A stretch of 64,000 nt of DNA from Histomonas meleagridis 2922-C6/04-290x (GCA_020184695.1 JAANOX010000032.1:62001-126000), one strand, 5' to 3'; counted from the first letter of the stretch, positions 10,823 through 22,917 are shown. The notes: a model not told the origin generated them from the sequence alone. Program-made: numbers and translations.

Positions 10823-11728
10823 ATGAGCACCAAATATAACGAATTTAAAAATGCAATTAATGAAAAACCAGAAGAAGCATTAAGTAAATATCGTGACTCA
10901 ACTCAAGAAATGTTTAAGCTTGCATGCCAAAAGCCACCAACTGATTTTAAAGCATTTCTTCCACGCATAATTAATATTGTTTTAGGTATACTTGCATTAC
11001 AAAGTGCCTATTCTCAAATTTTAATTGGACTTAAATGGCTTAATTTCCTCCCTGGTATTTCATTAATAATATTTTTCAAAGAGTTTTTCGGATTCATCGT
11101 CACAATCAAGCCAGCCATTGAAATTCTTACAAAGAAACCAGAGAATAGAGTTTATGAAAAATTGGTTGAAACATTTTCACCTGGAAATCTTCTCTCCTCT
11201 CTTACAAACCAAATTCCAGCTGAAGGAAGAAAGATGCTCAATGCTGTTGTCTTTATTTTTGGATCTCTTTCTAACTTACGTGCCTTCTTATCTAACATCA
11301 TTGCAGCCAGATGGAACATCAGTATACCACTCATGTCACAAGAAACCGAATTACAAAAGCTTGGAAACATTTTCTTCTTAGCTATTGATCTTGTTGTTAA
11401 AACATCAGAAAACGAAAGCAAAGCTGTTAACACAATGTTATTCAAGGGCTTGATCATAAATGTTGCCTTGTTATGCTATTCTCATATTGATCACTTCAAG
11501 AAGATGGTTCGTATCTACGATTTTCTAGCAGATATCTGTGATGACAAAGTCTCTAAAGAAGGAATAGCTGTTGGTCTTGAATCAATATTCACCATGACCA
11601 ATGGTGAAAAAGCACCTGCTTCATTAGCATCCTCCATTCTTGGATATAAAGTTACAGAAGAAGAAAAAACTGAGAAGAAAGAAGAAAATAAAGAAGAAAA
11701 AGAAGCAGAAAAGGTCAAAAGTGAGTAA
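10823..11728 (+). CDS. Hypothetical helical protein
   Basis: 301-aa ATG ORF with coding-like composition and a charged tail; no family recognised. Confidence 0.7.
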   Translation: MSTKYNEFKNAINEKPEEALSKYRDSTQEMFKLACQKPPTDFKAFLPRIINIVLGILALQSAYSQILIGLKWLNFLPGISLIIFFKEFFGFIVTIKPAIEILTKKPENRVYEKLVETFSPGNLLSSLTNQIPAEGRKMLNAVVFIFGSLSNLRAFLSNIIAARWNISIPLMSQETELQKLGNIFFLAIDLVVKTSENESKAVNTMLFKGLIINVALLCYSHIDHFKKMVRIYDFLADICDDKVSKEGIAVGLESIFTMTNGEKAPASLASSILGYKVTEEEKTEKKEENKEEKEAEKVKSE

Positions 11729-11853
11729 AAATTTTTTTAAGACACTTTAGGAGAAATTGTGGCGATAAAATAGAAGTTGGCTAACTTTACGAAAAGTGCC
11801 GCTTGTCATTTTGTAGTTATCATTGACGGTTTTGACTGTTTTCACTTGAGTAA

Positions 11854-12411
11854 ATGGAAGATTTTTTGTCCGGTGGTGGAGTCAATTCTATCCCAAGCAA
11901 TGGAATGGATGATGACCTCTTCAGTGGCTCAAATGTTCAAGGCTCAAATGACAATATTTTTTCTGGAAATCATAGTACAAATGTAGATGATATGCTCGCT
12001 GGTACAAATGTTGATGATATGCTCGCTGGTTCAGATGATGATGACCTTTTCGCTCAAGCACCAGAACCTCAGCAACCTCAAGAAGAAGCAAAACCAACAG
12101 CATTAGTTGAATGGGAAAAGGAGAAACAGGCTGAAATTCAACAGTTAGATGCCAAAAACGAAGCAGCTGATGAAGAAATGAAAAACAAAGCAAAAGAAAT
12201 GCTTAATAGCTATCATTCAAAGTTATCTGAAGCACAAGCTAAAAGAGCTAAAAATAATCTTGAGGTTGATCAACAATTCATAAGCGGACTTGAAAATTCT
12301 CCAAATAACAAGTGGGAAAAGGTTGTCAGCTACATTGATTTCAACCGTTCAGATCTTCATCAAAAGGATATTGCTAAAATGAAAACTCTTCTTCTTCAAC
12401 TTAAGCAATAA
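11854..12411 (+). CDS. Clathrin light chain
   Basis: Acidic low-complexity N-terminus, ALVEWEKEK coiled coil, C-terminal WEKVVSYIDF...DIAKMKTLLLQLK. Confidence 0.85.
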   Translation: MEDFLSGGGVNSIPSNGMDDDLFSGSNVQGSNDNIFSGNHSTNVDDMLAGTNVDDMLAGSDDDDLFAQAPEPQQPQEEAKPTALVEWEKEKQAEIQQLDAKNEAADEEMKNKAKEMLNSYHSKLSEAQAKRAKNNLEVDQQFISGLENSPNNKWEKVVSYIDFNRSDLHQKDIAKMKTLLLQLKQ

Positions 12412-12540
12412 AACCAACATATCAGACAATTTTTAGGATTTCTCTAAAAAACGCCATTTCGAAACCGCAATTTGCGAACAAACTCAGTGAAATTTACGGC
12501 CAAACAAAGTCTCTCAAATCGATGCGGTTTTTCCTTTCTG

Positions 12541-12969
12541 ATGCAGCTGTTTGTAAAAACACTCAACGGGAAGCAAATCTGTTTAAATGTAGAATCAGAT
12601 AAAACAATCGAAGAAATTAAGGAAATGATTCAAACAGATGGCTTCCTCGTTTATGCAGGTCAAGAATTGGAAGACGAATTTTCTCTCCAAGATTACGAAA
12701 TCGAAGAAAATTCTATCCTTTATGACATCCCAGAATGTGATGGCGGTAAAAAGAAGAAGAGGAAGAAGAAGAGCTTCACAACAAAGAAGAGGGTTCCACA
12801 TACACGCAAGAAGGAAAAGATGAAGCTCCTCAAATTGTTCAAGATTGGAAAGGATGGATCTGTTGAGCCACAACGCAAAGAGTGTGAAAACTGCAAGGGA
12901 TGCTTCATGGCTAAACATAAGGATGGTCGTCTCTATTGCGGCAATTGCCACCTTACAATTACAAAATAA
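12541..12969 (+). CDS. RPS27A: Ubiquitin-like/40S ribosomal protein S27a fusion
   Basis: ATG at 12541. Ub-like MQLFVKTLNGK...DGG, then KKKKRKKKSFTT and a C4 zinc finger (CENC...CGNC). Confidence 0.92.
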   Translation: MQLFVKTLNGKQICLNVESDKTIEEIKEMIQTDGFLVYAGQELEDEFSLQDYEIEENSILYDIPECDGGKKKKRKKKSFTTKKRVPHTRKKEKMKLLKLFKIGKDGSVEPQRKECENCKGCFMAKHKDGRLYCGNCHLTITK

Positions 12970-13616
12970 ACAGCTTCAATGCTTGGTATTCACTATTTTT
13001 ATGTATTTTTATTATAAAACTAAGCATTATAATGATTAAAATATGTATTTATAATTTTTTTATATCTGATTTAAATTACAAATATTACTTGTGTTTTTTT
13101 TCAAGTTAGTCAATATGTTTAATAACAACATCTGAAATTTTTCATGAATTTTGAATTCATAAAAAAAAAAAAAAAAAAACTATCCATACATTGTCTTCAA
13201 CATTTTTATTTTTAGTGTTAATTAAATTCTTTGTAATCAGATAATTAAAAAGTTCTTTATTCCATGAAATCGTTGAAAGTCTTGTTGCATCATTTACATA
13301 ATGTTGTTCAAGTAAATATTGAGTAAAATGGTAGGTACATCAAGACTTTTCTTTAAAGAAGAAAAATTCATTGATCAAATCTAATAATTAACAAATACGT
13401 AAAAAGCTAAAACATTTTTTTATTCACCAACAACAGCACTCTGTACTTAAACATTAATATTTATTGATACAAAATATCCACCAAAAGTTTTTGAATTCAT
13501 GTAAAGAAAATGATAAACAAAAACCCATTTTACCATTTTCATCTGGTGATCACAAGTTAAAACATAATTTTGACAATGTTTCCAAACCGAAATATCATTC
13601 ATTTGAGTATTTTTGT

Positions 13617-14906
13617 TTATTTACTCTCAGCCCAAATCTTAATGAGTTCCACGATTGTCCTCACCACACCGATCATTTGCGCCAAGCACGCGAACTCAGC
13701 CTTCGAGTGAAAGTTATCACTTCCCGTGTAAATGTTCGGGGTTAATATTCCGTATTCCGTCGACATTGTTGCGCCGTCAGTTCCTCCTCGAATTGGATCA
13801 ACGCAAGGAACAATTCCGGCCTTAACAATTGCCTTCTCAAGGAACTCGACAACTCTCATATCCTTTTTAAGTGCATCATACATGTTCGAATATGATGGGA
13901 TGACTTCGACGTCGACTTTTCCGCCCTTAAATTTGGCTTCGACTGCTTTGGCAAGTTGCTTGACTGTTTCAATGCGTGACTCAATGCCTTTCTTATCAAA
14001 GTCACGAAGGAAAAGTCCGACATTTGCTGTTTCAACGTTGCCATTGATGTTACGGACAAAATAAAAGCCTTCTTTGCCGTTGGTGCTTTCGGGAAGTTCA
14101 TCGGTAGGAAGCATGGAGACAAAGGACGACGCCATGAAATTGGCATTAATTAACTTTCGATACGCATATCCCGTATGACATGCAAACCCATGGAATGTGA
14201 GCTTGACTGTGGTGGCATTGAAGTTCTCATAGCTGTAGTTGCCTTCAAGATCACCATCAACTGTATATGCAATTCTGGATGTGATTTTGTCAGTTGGGAA
14301 ATAATCAGTTCCATGACCAGTTTCTTCATCTGAGTTGAAAATGACTTCAATGGGTCCATGAGGGAATGGAGAGATGTTGAGCATGTAGTCAACAGCTGTC
14401 ATGATTTCAGATACACCACATTTGTCATCGCCACCAAGAAGAGTTGTGCCATCACTTGTAATAATGGTATCTCCAATACATTTGGTGATTTGTGGTGTAG
14501 TTTTAGGATCAATAAAAACACCATTACCAACTTCAAGAATTGATCCATCATAATTTTCATGGATTTGTGGATTTACATTTTCACCTGGAGCATCTTCAGC
14601 AGTGTCAACATGAGACATAAAGGCTATGGAAGGAACATTTTCATATCCTTTTGTTGCTGGAATTTTTCCAATAACATAACAATGTTCATCAATAGTGACA
14701 TCTGGTACACCTAAAGCTCGTAGTTCTTCTAAAAGGAGATTGCCTAATACAAATTGTCTTTCAGTTGATGGCTTTTTAGTTCCAGCCAATTCTGAATCAC
14801 TCGTAGTATGAATTTTAACGTATCTTAAAAACCTTTCGAGAAGAGGTTCTTTGATCTCTTTTTGTTCAAGTCTTTCTTTGACAACAGCGATTCTTTCTGC
14901 TGACAT
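13617..14906 (-). CDS. pepT: Peptidase T (M20B tripeptidase), bacterial type
   Basis: LLERFLRYVKIHTTS, SHVDTA, DGTTLLGGDDK, DEETG, HTGYA, PIRGGTDGA, NFHS. Confidence 0.93.
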   Translation of the reverse strand: MSAERIAVVKERLEQKEIKEPLLERFLRYVKIHTTSDSELAGTKKPSTERQFVLGNLLLEELRALGVPDVTIDEHCYVIGKIPATKGYENVPSIAFMSHVDTAEDAPGENVNPQIHENYDGSILEVGNGVFIDPKTTPQITKCIGDTIITSDGTTLLGGDDKCGVSEIMTAVDYMLNISPFPHGPIEVIFNSDEETGHGTDYFPTDKITSRIAYTVDGDLEGNYSYENFNATTVKLTFHGFACHTGYAYRKLINANFMASSFVSMLPTDELPESTNGKEGFYFVRNINGNVETANVGLFLRDFDKKGIESRIETVKQLAKAVEAKFKGGKVDVEVIPSYSNMYDALKKDMRVVEFLEKAIVKAGIVPCVDPIRGGTDGATMSTEYGILTPNIYTGSDNFHSKAEFACLAQMIGVVRTIVELIKIWAESK

Positions 14907-16087
14907 TGTGATATGAATGTAAAGAATTGAATCTTTGGCATTTTTGCTTGCGTGAGTTTCAAAAAAAGTTAAATGACCAACTTATCAAATATGACGGCAC
15001 TTTTTGAGTGAATTCTCACCTTTTAAGGGTGTGGTCCGACCAGATATGCATTGAAAATAGAGTATTTAAAAAGCTGGGTGTGTCAGTCTGGAAACAAGAT
15101 AGTTAAATGTATATGGCAGTTTACCAACAAATAAATTAATTGTTGCTTGAACTGATGTTTCGAAAATTTTTTCGTTGAGATTAAAGACAATTGATTCTAA
15201 TGGTTTCTAGAGTTCCATCAATAAAACAATGAATCAAAATATTTGTGAGAAAATACAATTGTCAGTACCAAAAAAAATGTCATACGATAGTCCATTGGAA
15301 CTCATCAATAAAACCGTTTAATTCCAAGCCTAGGAAATTCAATTTTTGATAGGAAAATTTCTGAAAAAAATGAAATAAAATACGATAAAAGTCAACTCAA
15401 ACACTACTGATATTTTACCAATTGGGGAAAAAACAAAAGAAACTTGATTTAATACGTGCAAGCATGCTTTAAATATCGTTTAGGTTGAGGGCATTATAGT
15501 TTTTGAATCGGCTTTTTAGTTCTATTTAATTGTCATCTTGGGATTTTTTTTTTAAAACTTTTGAAAGAGGGCCAGCCGAGGGTTTTACATTTTCTTATGC
15601 TTGTAAACAATTTCATTTACGCATCAAACAATAGAGCTATTTTCATCAGTATATTGTACAATATATTCTTGAATTTTGAGATTAAATGGTGATTTCATTG
15701 TCTACCTTCGAAGCATTTTACATACGCAGAGCTATTGTGAACCGTTTCTGCGGTTGGCAGTTCCAATTTGTGGTTCTTCGTTGGGATTTATGATTTAAAA
15801 TATTTCATGTTAAATACTCACACATCCTTGGAAAATTCACATGACTGTTAAATTTTGAATGCTAGTGATTTTTTACAGCTGTCAGGAAAGCCTGGGCTTA
15901 ATTTGGGTTTAAGAGTGAAATTTTGTGGGCGTAGTGCTTGCTATACAGATATTGTGAGCTAAATTGAAATATGCTTTTTTATTTTAATTGACTTTTAGAA
16001 GAAATACGATTATTTACTTGCTGCCAGCTTTTGACATATTATTGACATTTAAAATTTGACTGACTTTGCTTGGTAATATTTTCAGGC

Positions 16088-19000
16088 ATGCAAAAAATCA
16101 AAGAATTCTATGATTCAAGTTCCCCCTCTCAAGAACTACTAGAAACTGTTTGGGAAGCTCTTGGGTCTATAGACATAAATGCAATAACATCTGAAACATT
16201 TTCCAAAATTTCAATTTTTTGGTCTGAGATTGTAGGTTTACTTCAATTTCCAACAAAAGAACATTACACCACAAAGATTATGGCCTATGTTATTCAAGCA
16301 TCACAAATCGCTGTTCAATTATGTCAAAAATCACAAGAATTTGAACAAAAAACATCTCAACCAATTGAATCTCTTCTTGGCATAAGTTGTGATGATATTT
16401 TCCAAGAGAGTGAGCATGTAGATTTTCCATTAACCCAATCTAAAAATGTCACATCTTCAATTCAATTTATACAATTAATAGAAAAAAAGCTTTCAAGCAG
16501 TTTACCATCGTTAAGTGAAGTTATTTCATGGTCACTTTATTTATCCATTCAACATATTAAGTTATCAGATACTGAAATCATACAAACCATCACTGAAAGG
16601 GCAAATCTTAAATGTCTTCTTGAACCACCAAATTACACCGACAATTTTGATGTCTTCAAAGTGAACATTAATCCAATTCATTATTTATATGTTCGATCAC
16701 TTTATGAAGAATTAACATCCGAAGAACCGATAACATTACCCACAAACACAGCTCTCATTACCAAAATTGTCAATTCCACGTATGATTCCAATTTCCCATA
16801 TGTATTTTTATTTTATAAGTCAGAGCCCGTTAATATCTTTGAGCAAATTTTAGAGAATTCCATTGATTATCGAATTGTTATCTTATTATCATTAAGTCAT
16901 CTAATTGATTATGGTGATCCAACAATGACCACCAATTGCATCTCCACCGAAATCTCACCATCGTTAGCAATAGCATATGTTTATTCACAAAATCGAACAT
17001 ATCCATGTGCCCAATTATTTTTAGAGAATCTTATGGAGAATGAATTAACTAAAGAATGGAAAGAAGAAATCGAATTCATCTATAAAACTATCCAATTACC
17101 AAAATCTATGAAAACTTTATTATATCAATTATCTATAGGTGATGAATCTTCTATTTCTGAGTTATTAAACTTTCCTGATTGTATACAATATTTAGATCCT
17201 AAGAAGTCTGAAAAGATTAATATTATTTATCATATATTAAAGAAAGATATTAATGAATTTGATGAATCTAAAATTAATATAATAAATACAATCGAATTAT
17301 GGAAATTAATACAACAAAATAAAAATGGAATTAAGAATGAAAATATTTTAAGAAATTTAGAAAATGAATTAAATAATAAAACTAATGAAAAATTTAATAA
17401 TGATAATATTAAAATTATAGCTATTAAATTAGGTTGTTATCAACAAAATGATAATATTAAATATAATTCAACAAAATATTTTTATAAGAATTTACCAATT
17501 TCATTTTTAACAAATTTCGATTCTGAATTTGATATAATTAATTTAACTTTAAGTATCATATTAAATTATATAAAAATTGAAGAAGTTAATGAAAATATTA
17601 AAAATATTTTACAAAAATTCGTTTCACATTATTATATTAATGAAGAAAATAAATTATTAATAAATGAGAAATATCAAATTAAATTCGATATTAACTTAGC
17701 AATAAATTCATTTAATGAAATATATAATAAATTAACAGATAAAGAAGATATAACAAAGTTATTTATATCATTTATAACATTTCTTAATAATTCCGAATTT
17801 CTTAAGTCAATAATACAAAATATTGTTAATAAAAAAGATGAACAATCATTAAATATCTTATTTACAATTCAAATTCCATTTGATATATATAAAGAACTTG
17901 AAAATATATTTACACAAAATGAATTATTTGAAATATTCTTAAAGTATACATCAATTGATATTACATTAATATATATAAATAATTTATTAAATAATAAAGA
18001 AAATGAAAACATAGTATTTACTAAAATTGGTGAATATAGTTATGAACGACCTAAAGAAATCAAATTATTATTAAGTAAATTATCACCTAATATAACGCAA
18101 ATTAAATTAATATTAAATTCGATTATTAAAATTGATCAATTAGTTACATATGATTTAATACAATTATTATTATATTTAACAACTAATCATAAATCTTATA
18201 AATATGAGAAATGTTCAAAAATCCATAAAAACTTAATATCATCTGAATGGAAAGAAGATAAAATTAATGAAAAAATTGATAATAAAAAAGAAGATATTAA
18301 AAAAGATTTCCAAGGAGATATTAATCCATGGGAAGAAGAAGAGATTAAAGATTGTACATATTTAGAAACTGAATCAGAATATGTACGCCAACCATGGTTT
18401 AGATGTTATACATGTAATTTAACAGGTAACACTGGCTGTTGTTTAGGATGTGCAAATAAATGTCATAAAGGACATCATTTAGTATTTGCCAAAGTTAGTT
18501 CCTTTTTTTGTGATTGTTATAATTCTGGACATTGTTTATATAATAAGAACAAAGAAATTGTTAATAATGAACAAAATCATTCCGCGAATGAAAAACTTGA
18601 ATTAAGTAATAGTGAAATCTTAAATTTATTTTATAAAACTATTAAATCTGATATTAATGAAGAAAACAATATTGAAGAAAATGAAATCAATCAATTTAAT
18701 AATTATTTCTTAACTACTCCTAAACGTAATGATACAAAAGTCTCACAATCAATGTTTCAAAAGTCACCAATTGATAAAAAAGAATTCCCTAATCAAGCAT
18801 TATTATTTTCATCATTAACAACAGAATTAGAAGGAGATTTATCGACGTTAGTTAAACGTAGTTCAATATCACCAATTATATTAACATGTATTTCTAATAA
18901 TTATTTAATATTTTCAGGTGGTAATATTTTAAATAGTTATTCATTAGCAGATTTTAATAATATAAATTCAGTTGAATTAAATTCACCAATAATGCGTATT

Positions 19001-20710
19001 TATACGTCACCTGATGATAATACTATATTTGCAGGTACTTCATCAAAACATTTATATATCTTTCAAGTGACTAATGAAGGAAATATTAATCAATTAAAAC
19101 AAATCGAAATTGAAAAATCAAATAACTTTTCATGGATACCAAAACAAAACAAAATTATAATATTTACTGAAGATAATTTAATAGTTGTTGATATAGAAAC
19201 TAATAATAAATATAATATAAATATTCAACGTAAACGAATTATATCATTTATAATAGTACAATATAAAAATCAAAGTTATTGTATCTGTTCAAATGAAATT
19301 AATCAATATGGTTATTTCCCGATTAATGATAATTTACCAGAACAAATTAATTTAGATCATAAATTTAATAATGGTAATTTTGTTATCTTAAGTTATTGTA
19401 AAGAATCGAATTTAATATTTTTATCATCACATGATGAATCTTACATTCATGCAATTAATGTTAATGATTTCTTTAATAATAACTTAAACAAACAAATTAG
19501 TATTAAAACTTATGAAACACCACAAAGTTTAATCTTTCGATGTATTTTACAAACTGATCCTTTTGTTCATATCTTTCAACATATTTCATCATGTGCATTT
19601 ATAGCAATTAAATTTACAAATAAGTCATTTAAATATTGTAAAATATCAAATAACTTTTCACGTTCAGTATTTCCATTAATAGAATGTGACATGTCTGATT
19701 TAAGTATATTTCAACATGATAAAAAGTTATATTATGTCAATAATAATGGGAAATTATTTGAACTTAAAAATAACAAAATTTTAAATTCGAAAAATAATTT
19801 ACAAAAAATTGTTTCATATCAACAAACGAAATATAATGTGCCATTAACATTTTGGACTAAATCACAGAAATTAAATGATAATATTATCATTAGTTTATAT
19901 AATAATAATAACATTAGTGGACTTTTAGATTTTGATTCATATACATTTAATCGATCATCAATTGAACCTAAACTTATACGAGTTCAATCATTAAATTCGA
20001 ATGAAATCATTTTAGGATTTATAATATTTCCATCACATAAAAAGAGTTCTAATTTAATATATTATAAAATATTTAATCGATATTATAAAGGAACAAAAAA
20101 TCCAATTCCAATACCTTTAAAGCCAACTGAAATTGGTCCAAATAAAATATATACAATCGAAATCGAAAATTTATTAAATATGGAATTAACTATTGATGGA
20201 ATTCAAGTTTATGGAATTGATATTAATTCATTATCACCAAACATTCAAATAATTAATAATAATAATGAAGAAGATGAAGAAGAAAATGTTAGTGAAATCG
20301 ATTGGTTTAATAATGGAAATAGTTTAAATGATTTCATCGATTTGGATGAAGATAATTTTTATGAGAAAAAACAAAACTTATTATATAACTTAAGTCGGAT
20401 GATGAATTGTAACGAAAATATGAATGAAATCGATCTGAAAAATTGTATTAAATTCATTTATAAATACCCAAATTATGGTAATTATTGTAGAAGTATTATA
20501 TTAAAATGTTGCGAAGAAAAGAATTTGTTCGATGTTTGGGCATCGACTTTAATAGAATGCGTTAATGAAAACGGAATAAATGACTGGAATACATTTTGGA
20601 GAGATGTATACATGCTGCCAAACGATTTAAGGGAAAAGGTTACAAATGAAATTAGAGAGAAAAAGATTTGCTGCGAAGGAGAATTTGGTATAATTAACGC
20701 ATTTTTATGA
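16088..20710 (+). CDS. Large protein with UBR-type zinc finger (UBR4/BIG-like), possible beta-propeller in the C-terminal half
   Basis: CTYLETESEYVRQPWFRCYTCNLTGNTGCCLGCANKCHKGH...FFCDC; about 1540-aa ORF with ATG at 16088. Confidence 0.8.
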   Translation: MQKIKEFYDSSSPSQELLETVWEALGSIDINAITSETFSKISIFWSEIVGLLQFPTKEHYTTKIMAYVIQASQIAVQLCQKSQEFEQKTSQPIESLLGISCDDIFQESEHVDFPLTQSKNVTSSIQFIQLIEKKLSSSLPSLSEVISWSLYLSIQHIKLSDTEIIQTITERANLKCLLEPPNYTDNFDVFKVNINPIHYLYVRSLYEELTSEEPITLPTNTALITKIVNSTYDSNFPYVFLFYKSEPVNIFEQILENSIDYRIVILLSLSHLIDYGDPTMTTNCISTEISPSLAIAYVYSQNRTYPCAQLFLENLMENELTKEWKEEIEFIYKTIQLPKSMKTLLYQLSIGDESSISELLNFPDCIQYLDPKKSEKINIIYHILKKDINEFDESKINIINTIELWKLIQQNKNGIKNENILRNLENELNNKTNEKFNNDNIKIIAIKLGCYQQNDNIKYNSTKYFYKNLPISFLTNFDSEFDIINLTLSIILNYIKIEEVNENIKNILQKFVSHYYINEENKLLINEKYQIKFDINLAINSFNEIYNKLTDKEDITKLFISFITFLNNSEFLKSIIQNIVNKKDEQSLNILFTIQIPFDIYKELENIFTQNELFEIFLKYTSIDITLIYINNLLNNKENENIVFTKIGEYSYERPKEIKLLLSKLSPNITQIKLILNSIIKIDQLVTYDLIQLLLYLTTNHKSYKYEKCSKIHKNLISSEWKEDKINEKIDNKKEDIKKDFQGDINPWEEEEIKDCTYLETESEYVRQPWFRCYTCNLTGNTGCCLGCANKCHKGHHLVFAKVSSFFCDCYNSGHCLYNKNKEIVNNEQNHSANEKLELSNSEILNLFYKTIKSDINEENNIEENEINQFNNYFLTTPKRNDTKVSQSMFQKSPIDKKEFPNQALLFSSLTTELEGDLSTLVKRSSISPIILTCISNNYLIFSGGNILNSYSLADFNNINSVELNSPIMRIYTSPDDNTIFAGTSSKHLYIFQVTNEGNINQLKQIEIEKSNNFSWIPKQNKIIIFTEDNLIVVDIETNNKYNINIQRKRIISFIIVQYKNQSYCICSNEINQYGYFPINDNLPEQINLDHKFNNGNFVILSYCKESNLIFLSSHDESYIHAINVNDFFNNNLNKQISIKTYETPQSLIFRCILQTDPFVHIFQHISSCAFIAIKFTNKSFKYCKISNNFSRSVFPLIECDMSDLSIFQHDKKLYYVNNNGKLFELKNNKILNSKNNLQKIVSYQQTKYNVPLTFWTKSQKLNDNIIISLYNNNNISGLLDFDSYTFNRSSIEPKLIRVQSLNSNEIILGFIIFPSHKKSSNLIYYKIFNRYYKGTKNPIPIPLKPTEIGPNKIYTIEIENLLNMELTIDGIQVYGIDINSLSPNIQIINNNNEEDEEENVSEIDWFNNGNSLNDFIDLDEDNFYEKKQNLLYNLSRMMNCNENMNEIDLKNCIKFIYKYPNYGNYCRSIILKCCEEKNLFDVWASTLIECVNENGINDWNTFWRDVYMLPNDLREKVTNEIREKKICCEGEFGIINAFL

Positions 20711-21125
20711 TATAATAAAAATATTTTTTTGAAATGAATAAAAATAATGAAATTTTATAAGTCTCTTTTGCTTCAATCTTTTTCATGCACATTCTAAAAG
20801 ATGCTGTGAATGGAATGAATTTGAAAATCTAAAGTGGGAAGTACAACTTTTTGGAGAATATTTCACTTGAGACCGATAGCTCCTACTTCGCAAAGCTACT
20901 GCGCGCACGAGAAAAAGGATGTCGCAGGCAGATAAGTTCAGATAATTAGCTGCAGCAAAAAATCCATAGACGAACGATAGGAATTTCAGAATGACGATGT
21001 TTTTTTCTGTGAAAAATTTCAAGAAATTATTCAATTTGGCCAAATTCATTGGTGATGTGAAATCTACTTTTTGTTTTTGTGAGCTTACGTCGACATTCCA
21101 ATCCCAATAACAAATTCGAACCTTA

Positions 21126-22917
21126 ATGGAAACAAAAGAAACAAACATAGAGTTTCTTACTTCACTTACAACTCTTATTTGGAATTTAAGTGAAAATGAT
21201 ATTGAAACAACAATTGAAAAAACGACTATATTATATGATGATAATTTGGATTACTCTTTTAAAACTGTTTTATGCCAAATATTATATGAATCAATTAAAT
21301 TTCAAAAGAAAGAAGTTGGTATTTATTTTACGTATTTAAAATCAATAGAAAAAATTTCTGAAAAAACTAAAAACATATTTGATTTCTTCGGAAATTTTCT
21401 TTCTCATCAATTTTCAAATTTATCTATATTTCTTCGAGAAATAATGATCGAACAAAAATTAATAGATACAAAATACATAAGTCGAGATAAAAGAAATACA
21501 TATTACAAATTTTTTAAATCTGTTAAAAAACATTCCAAATATACAAATGAGTTTCATAGGCAATTAATTAAAGAAGGACATAATCCAAATGAAATTGCAA
21601 AAATAATTCGAAATGATGAAATCGAAAAACTCCAAGAAATATCATCACAAAGTAATTTTGATTATAACCAAACAATTAAGCCATCACTTTATGAAAGATG
21701 TTCATTTATTAATAAAAACAATGTTACATTAATTGATTATGCAGCATTTTTTTCTTCAATTAAATGTTTTAAATATTTACTTATGAATGGAGCAAAATTA
21801 GATAAAACAGGTAAATATGCAGTTGCTGGTGGAAATGAAGAAATTATTCATTTATGTGAACAAAATCATTCATCATTTTTGCGAGCATATGAAACAGCTA
21901 TTGAATATCATCGAAATGATCTATTTAAATATCTTTATGAAAACAAAATTACAAAAATTAATCATTTAAAAAAATTAGGAAAACGTTGTGTCTCACATCA
22001 TAATTATGAAATTTTAGCATTTTTACAAAAAGAAGGTTTGGAAATTAATGATTATATTATTAATAAAGCAGCTGAAATGGGAAACATTTTCTTAGTAAAA
22101 CATTTTCTTATAAATAATCCTCTACCGAAAGATATTTTATTTTTAGCTTCTGGTTCAACTAATATTGAACTTGTTAAATATATTCTTGATACATATCAAA
22201 ATGAGATTGACATTAATTATCAATACATTTGTTTGCTATTTTATATGTTTATTTTAATATTTTGATGTTTTAAAATTATATTTGCAATATATATAAATTA
22301 TTTGGAACAGCAATTATTAGTGCATCTTCTTCTGATGAAAGCGCTGATGTGCTTAAATTGCTTCTTGAACAAAAAGGAGTTGATATTAATGCTAAAGATA
22401 TTCTATTGTCTTACTTGATATTTATTTCAATATTATTATATTTATATTTAATATATGGATTTTATTTTATATTTTTTGGACTGCATTGTTTAGATCATGT
22501 TTTGACAAATGTCCTGCTATAATTGAAATACTTTTTGAACACGGAATTGACCCTAACATCAAAGATTATGTTAATTCATATTGTTTCCTATTTATATCAT
22601 TGATTTAATGTATAATAATTAAATTTAATAATTGTTTAAATTATTTTTCACAGTACTTAATTATTGTATTCGAGACGGAGATACTGAGATTGTGAAAATA
22701 CTTCTACAACATGAAGGAATTGAAATTAGTTCTTATGATTATTTGTCGTATTTGATGATTTTTCGTATTGTTCGAAATTTAATTATAATATATGTAGTTC
22801 GTTTTATTTATTTGTTTTAAAATATTACAAGAGGCTCAAAAACTTCTGCGAGAAAAAGGCAATAAAGAAATTCTTGAACTCATTCAGCAATATCAAAAGA
22901 AACAAACAGAATCATAA
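21126..22917 (+). CDS. DUF3447-type ankyrin-repeat protein (locus 2), interrupted by 17-nt spacer blocks
   Basis: N-terminal part is homologous to locus 1. 80-nt blocks at 22227-22306 (YDAG), 22400-22479 (DYGW) and 22570-22649 (PNNF) separate 90-nt ankyrin segments. The last block (~22740-22820) does not parse cleanly. Probable stop at 22915-22917. Confidence 0.8.

Noticed and set aside
13141-13179. Small hairpin plus A19 tract as a retroposon tail
   Set aside because: No target-site duplication or element body is recognisable.
14950-16070. Upstream extension of the UBR-box gene, or an RNA gene
   Set aside because: Composition is somewhat coding-like, but there is no long ORF or recognisable RNA structure.
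20783-21148. 121-aa minus-strand ORF
   Set aside because: It overlaps the start of locus 2, has no recognisable motif and no clear ATG context; probably spurious.
22740-22825. A fourth clean 80-nt block at locus 2
   Set aside because: No register gave both consensus spacer ends and the expected terminal frame; degenerate, or contains an indel.
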